From a virus (lineage: Duplodnaviria; Caudoviricetes): a stretch of 27,919 nt of DNA. The stretch lies in the IMG/VR virus record IMGVR_UViG_3300027969_002758, positions 1 through 27,919 of that record; one strand, given 5' to 3'. Positions 9,759 through 16,605 of this stretch are shown here, piece by piece (the first letter of the stretch is position 1; every line of letters begins with the position of its first letter). The position numbers and the translations under genes are program-made. The notes under the pieces were generated by a model that had not been told where the DNA came from, did not search any database, and saw nothing but the letters and a program-made list of their open reading frames with translations.

Positions 9759-10025
9759 ATGTTCAAGAAAATTTCAGAATTCTTCACAGGCAAAAAGCCA
9801 GAAGCAGCCCCAGAAGCACCATATAAAGTTGATCCAATTCCGGCTGGTACGGAAGCATCGATTATTGCCGAACCACCAGCAGTTGAGACAGTGGTAGTTG
9901 TTCCAGAAGCTGTTGTACCAGCAGCCGTAGTTGAGCAAGCACCAGTTGTAACTAAGAAGCCACGAGCACCTGCTAAACCAAAGGCACCTGCTGTTAAAAA
10001 GCCACGTGCTCCTAAAGCAAAGTAA
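9759..10025 (+). CDS. Small Pro/Ala/Lys-rich protein with a histone H1-like basic tail
   Basis: Strong RBS. C-terminus KKPRAPAKPKAPAVKKPRAPKAK. Confidence 0.8.
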   Translation: MFKKISEFFTGKKPEAAPEAPYKVDPIPAGTEASIIAEPPAVETVVVVPEAVVPAAVVEQAPVVTKKPRAPAKPKAPAVKKPRAPKAK

Positions 10026-11037
10026 GTTCTTTAGCCCGCTTGTGTAATGCAAAGCTGGCCAGATTCTTACCTTTACTTTCGCACATAATATCATGTGTGC
10101 CTAAAAAGCTCAATGCCCAATCGTTCGTTGCTGAGTTCCAGTAAAAGTCCGAGTGTGCTCTGAGCTTTTGTTTTTTGTAGCCTTCTGCAAGTAAATCTGC
10201 ATAGTCTGGGGCAGTACTGGTATTGTGATCAATTAGATAGTCTTCACGACTGACACTATAGTGCATGGTAGGGCGAACACCGCGCCAAGAATCAATCACA
10301 CGTTTAACTCTATCGTCGGAGGGCTGTATGTAGTCTCCCGTACGGATCCAGTGATGGTGTATATCAAGTACGAGGGCGCAGTGTTTTTCAAGTTCGAGAC
10401 TTGAGTCGATTCCCCAACAGTTTTCGTCATTTTCAATGGTAATGCAGTTTCTTGCTTCTGGAGACAATTGTGTAAGCGCAGAGATAATACCGGCGGGACC
10501 TTGTTTACCCGAGATGTGTACGTTGATTTTAAAGTCTTGAAAAGTCTTGCCGTATCCCATCCATCTGACCATATCCACATGATATTCAAATTCCTCTATT
10601 GAACGTTCTACAATACCTGGGTTGCAACTTGCCAGCACAGTAAACTGACCAGGATGCATACTAAGCCTAACACCCCTCTCGCGAGCCACATCTCCCACGG
10701 CTCTAAATCCTCTTTCACAATATTCTCTGGTAGCAGGAAGCCGCCAAAACCAGCTCCAATCCTGCTGAGTGTATACAGGCAAGATATCGCTTGAGAGTCG
10801 TACCATTCTAAGATTTTCATCGAGTGCTCCTACCTTTTCAACCAGCTTGCGAGTAGCTTCGATATTGCCTACCATTAGGTCCCATAGACGTTGTTCTGCT
10901 ACTTCTTTACTTTGTCTATTTAACCATGCAACGGTAGTACTGCCAGTATTATATTGTTTAGCATCATCTTTTTTATCAATGCCGTTGACCTGTTCAGGAT
11001 GATCAATCCACTTGCAGGCAAAACCAATACGTTTCAT
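10012..11037 (-). CDS. uvsE: UV damage endonuclease UvsE/UVDE
   Basis: MKRIGFAC, RLSSDILP, RLSMHPGQFTVL, ITIENDE, LVLDIHHH, MHYS, LRAHSD and DIMCESKGKNLA motifs. Likely ATG at 11037. Confidence 0.93.
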   Translation of the reverse strand: MKRIGFACKWIDHPEQVNGIDKKDDAKQYNTGSTTVAWLNRQSKEVAEQRLWDLMVGNIEATRKLVEKVGALDENLRMVRLSSDILPVYTQQDWSWFWRLPATREYCERGFRAVGDVARERGVRLSMHPGQFTVLASCNPGIVERSIEEFEYHVDMVRWMGYGKTFQDFKINVHISGKQGPAGIISALTQLSPEARNCITIENDENCWGIDSSLELEKHCALVLDIHHHWIRTGDYIQPSDDRVKRVIDSWRGVRPTMHYSVSREDYLIDHNTSTAPDYADLLAEGYKKQKLRAHSDFYWNSATNDWALSFLGTHDIMCESKGKNLASFALHKRAKELTLL

Positions 11038-11051
11038 AATATACAATCAAT

Positions 11052-11088
11052 AAAAATGGACATAGCATATTATAACACTATGTCCATT
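11052..11088 (-). terminator. Intrinsic terminator after the queD-like gene, overlapping the uvsE promoter
   Basis: 11-bp perfect inverted repeat AATGGACATAG/CTATGTCCATT (11055-11065, 11078-11088), running into TTTTTATT on the minus strand. Confidence 0.6.
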
Positions 11089-11097
11089 GGTAGTCAA
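11069..11097 (-). promoter_or_regulatory. sigma70-type promoter for uvsE
   Basis: TTGACT-17 nt-TATAAT with an extended TGn -10. Confidence 0.8.
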
Positions 11098-11108
11098 CTT
11101 ATTTGATA

Positions 11109-11615
11109 TCAATCCAGTAAGTTTTCATTCCACTCACGATGACCTTCACGGAATGCCATATTAGCCTGTGTCTCACGTACTTCTACACGATAGCACCAAA
11201 GTCTGGCGGCCTCTCCTGGACCCCACATATCCGGAATGTAAACACCATTAACATACTTGTAAAGCATATCACTCAATGCTTCGCAGCCGAGTGCTGGTAG
11301 AATGACAATCTTAGCCATATTCTTTTCTTGTAGCATTTTGAATACTTCAAGTTGTGGATCGTCTTGTGCTACAATTAATGTGTGATCAAATTGATCTTCT
11401 AACGTTTTCTTTAGTTCTTTTAAACCACCATAGTCAGCCGCCCAATTACGGACATCCAGGTCGTTGGTGCCGAAGTAAAATTTCATACTAAATGAATAGC
11501 CATGAATTAGATTACAGTGACTATCACTTCGCCACTGGCGATAAGCGCAGGGAAATGCGTCGTGATATTCTTTTGTCGAAGTGTACTTATAAAGTACGGG
11601 TTGTAAATTTGCCAT
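11109..11615 (-). CDS. queD: QueD / 6-pyruvoyl-tetrahydropterin synthase-like protein (phage type)
   Basis: HCNLIHGYS, DYGGLKELKKTLEDQFDHTL, GCEAL and VEVRET T-fold motifs. AGGAGA RBS. Confidence 0.85.
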   Translation of the reverse strand: MANLQPVLYKYTSTKEYHDAFPCAYRQWRSDSHCNLIHGYSFSMKFYFGTNDLDVRNWAADYGGLKELKKTLEDQFDHTLIVAQDDPQLEVFKMLQEKNMAKIVILPALGCEALSDMLYKYVNGVYIPDMWGPGEAARLWCYRVEVRETQANMAFREGHREWNENLLD

Positions 11616-11639
11616 TGTTATCTCCTAAGATTAAGCAAT

Positions 11640-11682
11640 GGCATGCAGAATATTTAAAGAGGGTTGAATGCCTAAGTCCTCT
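11640..11682 (-). ncRNA. Candidate preQ1-I-like H-type pseudoknot / riboswitch in the queD leader
   Basis: AGAGG-ACUUAGGCAUUCAAC-CCUCU-UUAAAUAUUCUGC-AUGCC: P1 is AGAGG/CCUCU and loop GGCAU pairs with downstream AUGCC. Lies between a GATAAGTA box (11687-11694) and the RBS. Confidence 0.55.
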
Positions 11683-11697
11683 ATACTACTTATCACG

Positions 11698-12882
11698 TTA
11701 AGCTACCTTAAGCAAAATTGTATCTTCGTTTGTACGACCATTCAATTTAGTATCGGTAGCATTAATGTCATCTAAGAACTTTCGCAATGCAATTTTACCT
11801 GCTGCCTTAAACTCTTTAAGTTTTTCCTCTGGCTTGCGAATAGTCTTTTGAATACTCTTGTTCTCGTCAAATCCAACAATGCTGGTACCTTTAACACTTA
11901 ATGTATTAAATTCTGCGGCAACATATTTGCCTAACTTACGAGTCTTGGTGTTGTAAACCCACAGCTCGCCTGCTCCAAGGATGTCAGCAGGGCTAACACT
12001 GACCAATTTTAATGGTTCGTTAGTCTTCATGTACTTGAGCTTGCCTACTACCTTTTCTGCAGGAACTGTTTTAGTTTTACGTGGCTTTTTATTAACCTTA
12101 GCCTCTTGCATTAACATGGTGCAAGCAGTTTGCACTTCAGTTAAGAACTGGATAAAGTTTTTAATCTGTTTACGGCTACGATGCTTGTAACCTTCTTTTA
12201 ACTGTTCATCGCCATTGCCGCTGGCAAGCTCTTCAAGTTCTGCTAAATCTCGAGCATAGAAGTCACGAATAATACGAGCATGTGCGGCTTTGGCCTGTTG
12301 ACTCTTCAACAAGTTAAGTACCTTGAAGGCCTTTGGATCAAATGCTTCTGGATCAGTTTGATAGCTTTCGTAGGCATTTTCAATTTCTTCAGTCATCTTC
12401 ATTGCGGCTTCACGTGTGCGTTCTTGAATAGTCGGCACATAAACCACAGCCTTGTTAGCATCTGCCGCTGCCTTAACTGCATCTTCATCAATGTCGTTCT
12501 TGCCTTCGTCAATAATCTTGGCAATTTCCGCACCCAACCAAGTGGCTGTGTCTCGACCGTTATTAAAGTCCGGGCGTGTGCTCTGCATACCTTTGAGCAA
12601 GCAGGCAGCAATTGAGCCCACTGTCAAGGAGCAACGATTGTCTTTGGTTTTCTTAAATGATGCAATGGTCTTTTTGTCGTAACCATTCTTGCCCATCCAG
12701 TCGATGACTTTGGCTTTGAGCTCTTTACCACTGGTCTCCATGCGGTAGTACTTCATGGCACTATGGAAGTAACGCAGAAACTGATTCTCATCCCAGGCCT
12801 CGCAACCTACCCAACTTGGACTGTAGTCACGTTTGGCTTTTTCACGAAGTGCGATAGATTCTTTTTTGAGTTTAGTTGCCAT
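11698..12882 (-). CDS. Large-phage hypothetical protein (394 aa, Lys-rich C-terminal domain)
   Basis: Long ORF with a GAGGAG RBS and its own perfect sigma70 promoter. No catalytic motif recognised. Confidence 0.85.
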   Translation of the reverse strand: MATKLKKESIALREKAKRDYSPSWVGCEAWDENQFLRYFHSAMKYYRMETSGKELKAKVIDWMGKNGYDKKTIASFKKTKDNRCSLTVGSIAACLLKGMQSTRPDFNNGRDTATWLGAEIAKIIDEGKNDIDEDAVKAAADANKAVVYVPTIQERTREAAMKMTEEIENAYESYQTDPEAFDPKAFKVLNLLKSQQAKAAHARIIRDFYARDLAELEELASGNGDEQLKEGYKHRSRKQIKNFIQFLTEVQTACTMLMQEAKVNKKPRKTKTVPAEKVVGKLKYMKTNEPLKLVSVSPADILGAGELWVYNTKTRKLGKYVAAEFNTLSVKGTSIVGFDENKSIQKTIRKPEEKLKEFKAAGKIALRKFLDDINATDTKLNGRTNEDTILLKVA

Positions 12883-12913
12883 TTAAGTGCTCCTCTGCGT
12901 TAAACAATGTATT

Positions 12914-12942
12914 ATTATACAACTAATCTACTTATATGTCAA
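12914..12942 (-). promoter_or_regulatory. Consensus sigma70 (early) promoter
   Basis: TTGACA-17 nt-TATAAT, exact. Confidence 0.9.
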
Positions 12943-12956
12943 GCCTTTTTTAAGCC

Positions 12957-12999
12957 AAAAGAAAGCCTACCTGTTTAGCTATGCCAAAGTGAGGTAGGC
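12957..12999 (-). terminator. Intrinsic terminator
   Basis: GCCTACCT...AGGTAGGC stem with an inner TTTGGC/GCTAAA stem, followed by TTTCTTTT. Confidence 0.7.
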
Positions 13000-13013
13000 C
13001 GTGTTATTTAAAA

Positions 13014-13262
13014 TTACTTCTTCTTTGCGTCTGCAGGTGCTGTTTCAACTGGCTTTTCAATTTTTGGCATTTCTTTTGAGACTTTTTTGCACTCAGTCTT
13101 TTCTGCATTGGCTTTGTCTTTACAGTCAATCTTTGCTGATTTTGGAACACGAACTTCTACAGTTTTACCATTGGCTTTAACGTCTTTGGTTTCGGCATGT
13201 GCAGTGCATCCAAAGGCTGTGCCTAATGATAATCCTAATACTAATGTGGCTAATAGTTTCAT
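13014..13262 (-). CDS. Small secreted protein (signal peptide, Lys-rich, two Cys in the mature part)
   Basis: MKLLATLVLGLSLGTAFGCTAHA-ET. AAGGAG RBS and GATAAATA box at 13280-13287. Confidence 0.8.
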   Translation of the reverse strand: MKLLATLVLGLSLGTAFGCTAHAETKDVKANGKTVEVRVPKSAKIDCKDKANAEKTECKKVSKEMPKIEKPVETAPADAKKK

Positions 13263-13282
13263 AATGATCTCCTTGTATCTAT

Positions 13283-13594
13283 TTATCTTTGATAACAGGT
13301 ACGCTCTTTGTAGACTCTACCATCTGAAGATTGTATTTCTTTCCACTCTGTGCAGGTTGAAATTTGTGTTTGAATAACTGTAGACTGCTGTTCTATAATA
13401 ACAGGTTGCGGAGCAGGCCTTGTAAGTGCATAAGTTACTACACCACCGATGATCAAAGGTGCTACCCAATTTCCATTGACACCGCCGCCGTAGTAATATC
13501 CATGATGGCCGTGATGTCTAAATCCATGCCCGTGATGTTGTGCCATTGCAGGGATTGATACTAATAACATTAACGCTAATATAATTTTTTTCAT
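13283..13594 (-). CDS. Small secreted/membrane protein with His/Gly-rich segment and a hydrophobic Gly-containing helix
   Basis: MKKIILALMLLVSIPAMA-QHHGHGFRHHGHHG...WVAPLIIGGVVTYAL. ATAAATA box at 13613-13619. Confidence 0.8.
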   Translation of the reverse strand: MKKIILALMLLVSIPAMAQHHGHGFRHHGHHGYYYGGGVNGNWVAPLIIGGVVTYALTRPAPQPVIIEQQSTVIQTQISTCTEWKEIQSSDGRVYKERTCYQR

Positions 13595-13621
13595 TATATA
13601 ATCCTAAAACAATATTTATTT

Positions 13622-13652
13622 AAAAAAGCCCAAGGCTATTAACCATGGGCTT
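13622..13652 (-). terminator. Intrinsic terminator
   Basis: AAGCCCA...TGGGCTT stem running into a U tract. The stop codon at 13639-13641 sits in the loop. Confidence 0.75.
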
Positions 13653-13816
13653 CTCTGTACTTTGCCAATGCAAGTTGACGGGCAAGCCATAATCTAAACT
13701 TTATATGGTCCGATAATTCGTCTTCAACTATCTTACCAAACTCTGCACTACGTCGATTACGTCCAAATGTGACCTCATCGTCTATTATGAAGTCATCATT
13801 GTCATCTACACTACGA
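13639..13816 (-). CDS. Start-less protein-like segment (DDNDDFIIDDEVTFGRNRR...FRLWLARQLALAKYREAHG) in the +1 frame of the 74-aa gene
   Basis: Fills the gap between the 74-aa stop and a terminator. No in-frame ATG/GTG/TTG near its start; the frame is open back to TTG 14007. Confidence 0.5.
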
Positions 13817-14041
13817 TTACTTAGCGGCTGGTGTAGCTGGCTTAGCGTCTGCTTTTGCTGGCTCTTTCTTAGCAGGCTCGCTTTTTGCAGGCTTCTTTTC
13901 GTCCTTCTTAACTTCAGCTTTAGCTGGTGCTGGAGCACTTGCTGTTGCGGCAGGAGCAGGAGTTGCCGGTGTCTTAGCTGGCTCAGCGGCGAATACAGTT
14001 GCGGCAAACATTGTTGCGATTAGAGTTGCGATCAATTTCAT
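13817..14041 (-). CDS. Small secreted Ala/Pro/Lys-rich disordered protein
   Basis: MKLIATLIATMFAATVFA-AEPAK signal peptide, PAK repeats, AAAGGA RBS. Confidence 0.85.
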   Translation of the reverse strand: MKLIATLIATMFAATVFAAEPAKTPATPAPAATASAPAPAKAEVKKDEKKPAKSEPAKKEPAKADAKPATPAAK

Positions 14042-14138
14042 TTTAAAGTTTCCTTTTGGTTATGTAGGAATTTCTACCCCTACATATATATAACGCGGTA
14101 GCTCCATATAAAGTTGACACAGTTTGGTAAAATAAGTC

Positions 14139-14162
14139 AAAAAGATAGGACCCGAAGGTCCT
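14139..14162 (-). terminator. Intrinsic terminator with cUUCGg tetraloop
   Basis: AGGACC-TTCG-GGTCCT-ATCTTTTT. Confidence 0.75.
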
Positions 14163-14243
14163 GTGCTGGTTACGCAAATCCAGCGACACGCTATCTTGTG
14201 TCCGATTTAAAAAAGTTTGTAAACCAGCGTTTAACGCCAGTGA

Positions 14244-14897
14244 TTACTTCCCCAATAGAGTATCGACTTTGGCTTCGGCAACATTCAAACGTGCTTCGAT
14301 AGCGTCCAATGCTGGATCAGCCGGAGTAGCAACTGCTTCGGCAATTTCAGCGTGAACTTCTGGAGCAACTTCTTCACCTGTTGCGGCTGCGATAACTTCA
14401 GCAACTGCGGCTGCAACTTCTACTGCAACTTCTGGTGCTGGTGCAGGCATGTCGGCAACTGCTTCCATGATAGCGGCTGTGATTGCTACTGGATCCATAA
14501 CAACTTCTGGTTCTGCGGCAACAACTGCTTGAACTGCGGCTGAAACAATATCAGCAACTTCTTCGTTAGCAACTGGAGCAGCTTCAACTTGTGCGGCTAC
14601 AACGTCAGCAACGATGTCAGCGGCAGCTGGAACTTCAGAACTTGGAGAAAGTGCAACCACTTCTGCAACTGCGGCTTGGATGCTTTCAACTGCTTGTGCT
14701 GCGGCAGCAACAATAGCGTCAACATGTTCTTGAGTTTTAACAGCGATCAATTGATCAACTTGAACTTCAACAATAGACAATCTTGCGTCTAATTCTTCAA
14801 TGCTTGTGGCATTGTCTGTGTTAACTGATGTGCCAGTTAGGTTGGCTAATTTGGCTTCTACGGATACTAATCTTGCGGCTAAATCTTCAAATCTCAT
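14244..14897 (-). CDS. Acidic Ala/Val/Glu-rich protein (217 aa) with three ARL-xx-(V/A)E-xx-(L/V) coiled-coil motifs
   Basis: ATG at 14897 after an AAGGAG RBS (the track start 14942 is upstream of the RBS). Motifs LAARLVSVEAKL, LDARLSIVEVQV, IEARLNVAEAKV. Strong GCT/GCA/GTT/GAA codon bias. Confidence 0.85.
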   Translation of the reverse strand: MRFEDLAARLVSVEAKLANLTGTSVNTDNATSIEELDARLSIVEVQVDQLIAVKTQEHVDAIVAAAAQAVESIQAAVAEVVALSPSSEVPAAADIVADVVAAQVEAAPVANEEVADIVSAAVQAVVAAEPEVVMDPVAITAAIMEAVADMPAPAPEVAVEVAAAVAEVIAAATGEEVAPEVHAEIAEAVATPADPALDAIEARLNVAEAKVDTLLGK

Positions 14898-14945
14898 GTG
14901 ATGCTCCTTGAGGTTGTATGAGTATGTGCCACTGTGGCACACTAA

Positions 14946-14979
14946 TATTTAAGAGATAAGTGATTACACTGATATTACA
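14946..14979 (-). promoter_or_regulatory. Pho-box-like direct repeat plus TAAATA box
   Basis: TGTAAT-ATCAG-TGTAAT (11-bp period), 11 nt, then TAAATA. Confidence 0.6.
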
Positions 14980-15696
14980 TCAACCCCAATATTTAGATGA
15001 ATCTAATTTGTCCCAGTAGTCTTTGTTATTTCGATTGACAAAATTCTTAACAAGATATTTGGCCATACCCATATAGCCCATCTTCTTGAACCTGCGACTG
15101 TCTTGTCCAAAGTGGTGGCGGATGATTCTAAACTTTTTCGGGCTGTACTTTCGGCTCAAAAAGAAGTCTTCGCTTGTTACAAAGTTTTCCGGAAAGCCCC
15201 CAAATTCCTCAAAACGGTCTCTGCGAGTCAGCATAAATGCTCCCACGGCAAACGGTGAGAAATATTTCATAGCATGATTTATGGTATTAAAAATAATGAA
15301 TCCAAGTTTGGCTCTTGGATCCTTATCATAGCACTTAATTTTTAACCCTATGAGATCTAAGTTCTTTGATTCCATCGTGTTGACGGCATCATGAATAACA
15401 GTGTTCTTAAAGAAACGTACATCCGCATCAATGAATAATATATAGGGTGTAGTAACTAATTGTGCTCCATTGTTTTTAGCCAGACTAACAGGACCACCAT
15501 CGATAACTTCAACATTTAATTCTTTCTTGTTATCTTGTATAACTTGTCGTGTGTTGTCCGTGGAACAGTCAGCAATGATAACTCGTGTATCACCTATGTC
15601 TTGCCCACGCAAAGAGTCTAACAAATGATGGATATAGTTCTCTTCATTTTTACAGGGAACCACAATGGTAATTTTATCACTTATTGTTTTTTGCAT
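14980..15696 (-). CDS. Glycosyltransferase family 2
   Basis: ITIVVPCKNEE, IIADCSTDNT, ILFIDAD (DxD), GGF...SED, SRRF. Confidence 0.9.
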   Translation of the reverse strand: MQKTISDKITIVVPCKNEENYIHHLLDSLRGQDIGDTRVIIADCSTDNTRQVIQDNKKELNVEVIDGGPVSLAKNNGAQLVTTPYILFIDADVRFFKNTVIHDAVNTMESKNLDLIGLKIKCYDKDPRAKLGFIIFNTINHAMKYFSPFAVGAFMLTRRDRFEEFGGFPENFVTSEDFFLSRKYSPKKFRIIRHHFGQDSRRFKKMGYMGMAKYLVKNFVNRNNKDYWDKLDSSKYWG

Positions 15697-15851
15697 TGTC
15701 CTTCCACCTTAAAATTATTAAACTTTAACTGCCACTTCATTGACGCTAAGGTCATCTCGCAACTGATCTGGTCCTTGAATGCCAGCTCTATTCTTCCCGG
15801 AACGTCCTGAGGATTGTTTACGTGAACTGCTATCAGTATTAGTATCCACAT
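15681..15851 (-). CDS. Unannotated 56-aa protein with hydrophobic N-terminus and two Cys
   Basis: AAGGAG RBS, then MWILILIAVHVNNPQDVPGRIELAFKDQISCEMTLASMKWQLKFNNFKVEGQCKKQ*. Below the ORF-track cutoff; overlaps both neighbours. Confidence 0.7.
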   Translation of the reverse strand: MWILILIAVHVNNPQDVPGRIELAFKDQISCEMTLASMKWQLKFNNFKVEGQCKKQ

Positions 15852-16599
15852 TGTCTTTCTCCTTGGTCCAAGTAATTATTTCCCAGCGACCGCTATGATG
15901 TTCTACCAGTGCCGTACATGACTCAACCCAGTCACCATCATTCATGTATGCTACGCCGTTGATTTCTTTTATCTCTGCGTGATGTATGTGTCCACAGATG
16001 ACACCATCAAAGCCACGTTTCTTACAATAGGCTGCCAGGTTTTCTTCAAACTTGAATATAAAGTCTACGGCTTTTTTTACTTTGTGTTTAAGGTATTTAC
16101 TAAGACTAAAGTACCCAAAACCAAAACGATGGCGTATCCAATTGAACTTACTATTGAGCGATAAAATGACATCATATGCCTTGTCTCCTAAAAATGCTAT
16201 CCAAGGTGCCAGACGAGTTATGCCGTCAAATAAGTCACCGTGTGTGACCAGATAGTGTTTACCATCTGCGCCTATATGTTCTATTTGATTGTGTATTTCA
16301 ACAAGTCCAAAACTAAAACCATATGGTATCATTGGTCTTAAAAACTCATCATGATTACCTGCTACATAAACAACACGGGTACCACGCTTGGCGTGTCCTA
16401 ATACTCTACGAACAACATTGGTATGGCTTTGTTTCCAGCGCCAGTTGTTTTGTTGTATACGCCATGCATCTATTATATCACCTACAAGATATAATGTATC
16501 ACATGAGTTATGTTTAAGAAAATTGTTTAACTTATCCGCTTGACAGTCTTTGGTTCCGAGATGCACATCACTAACAAAGATAGAGCGGTATGTCTTCAT
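15718..16599 (-). CDS. plcP: PlcP-type phospholipase C / LpxH-like (UDP-2,3-diacylglucosamine hydrolase family) metallophosphoesterase
   Basis: SDVHLG, YLVGDIIDAW, GNHDEFLR, HGDLFD, LGDKAYD, KVKKAVDFI, DGVICGHIHHA and NDGDWVESCTALVE match the PlcP/LpxH2 pattern. Confidence 0.8.
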   Translation of the reverse strand: MKTYRSIFVSDVHLGTKDCQADKLNNFLKHNSCDTLYLVGDIIDAWRIQQNNWRWKQSHTNVVRRVLGHAKRGTRVVYVAGNHDEFLRPMIPYGFSFGLVEIHNQIEHIGADGKHYLVTHGDLFDGITRLAPWIAFLGDKAYDVILSLNSKFNWIRHRFGFGYFSLSKYLKHKVKKAVDFIFKFEENLAAYCKKRGFDGVICGHIHHAEIKEINGVAYMNDGDWVESCTALVEHHSGRWEIITWTKEKDNVDTNTDSSSRKQSSGRSGKNRAGIQGPDQLRDDLSVNEVAVKV

Positions 16600-16605
16600 A
16601 TATCA

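Noticed and set aside
14139-14203. Hairpin cluster as a tRNA or self-cleaving ribozyme
   Set aside because: No T-loop or cloverleaf and no hammerhead CUGAnGA/GAAA core. Kept only as an unassigned structured RNA.
14898-14942. Extended N-terminus of the 232-aa track ORF
   Set aside because: The AAGGAG RBS points to ATG 14897, and the upstream part is a leader hairpin.
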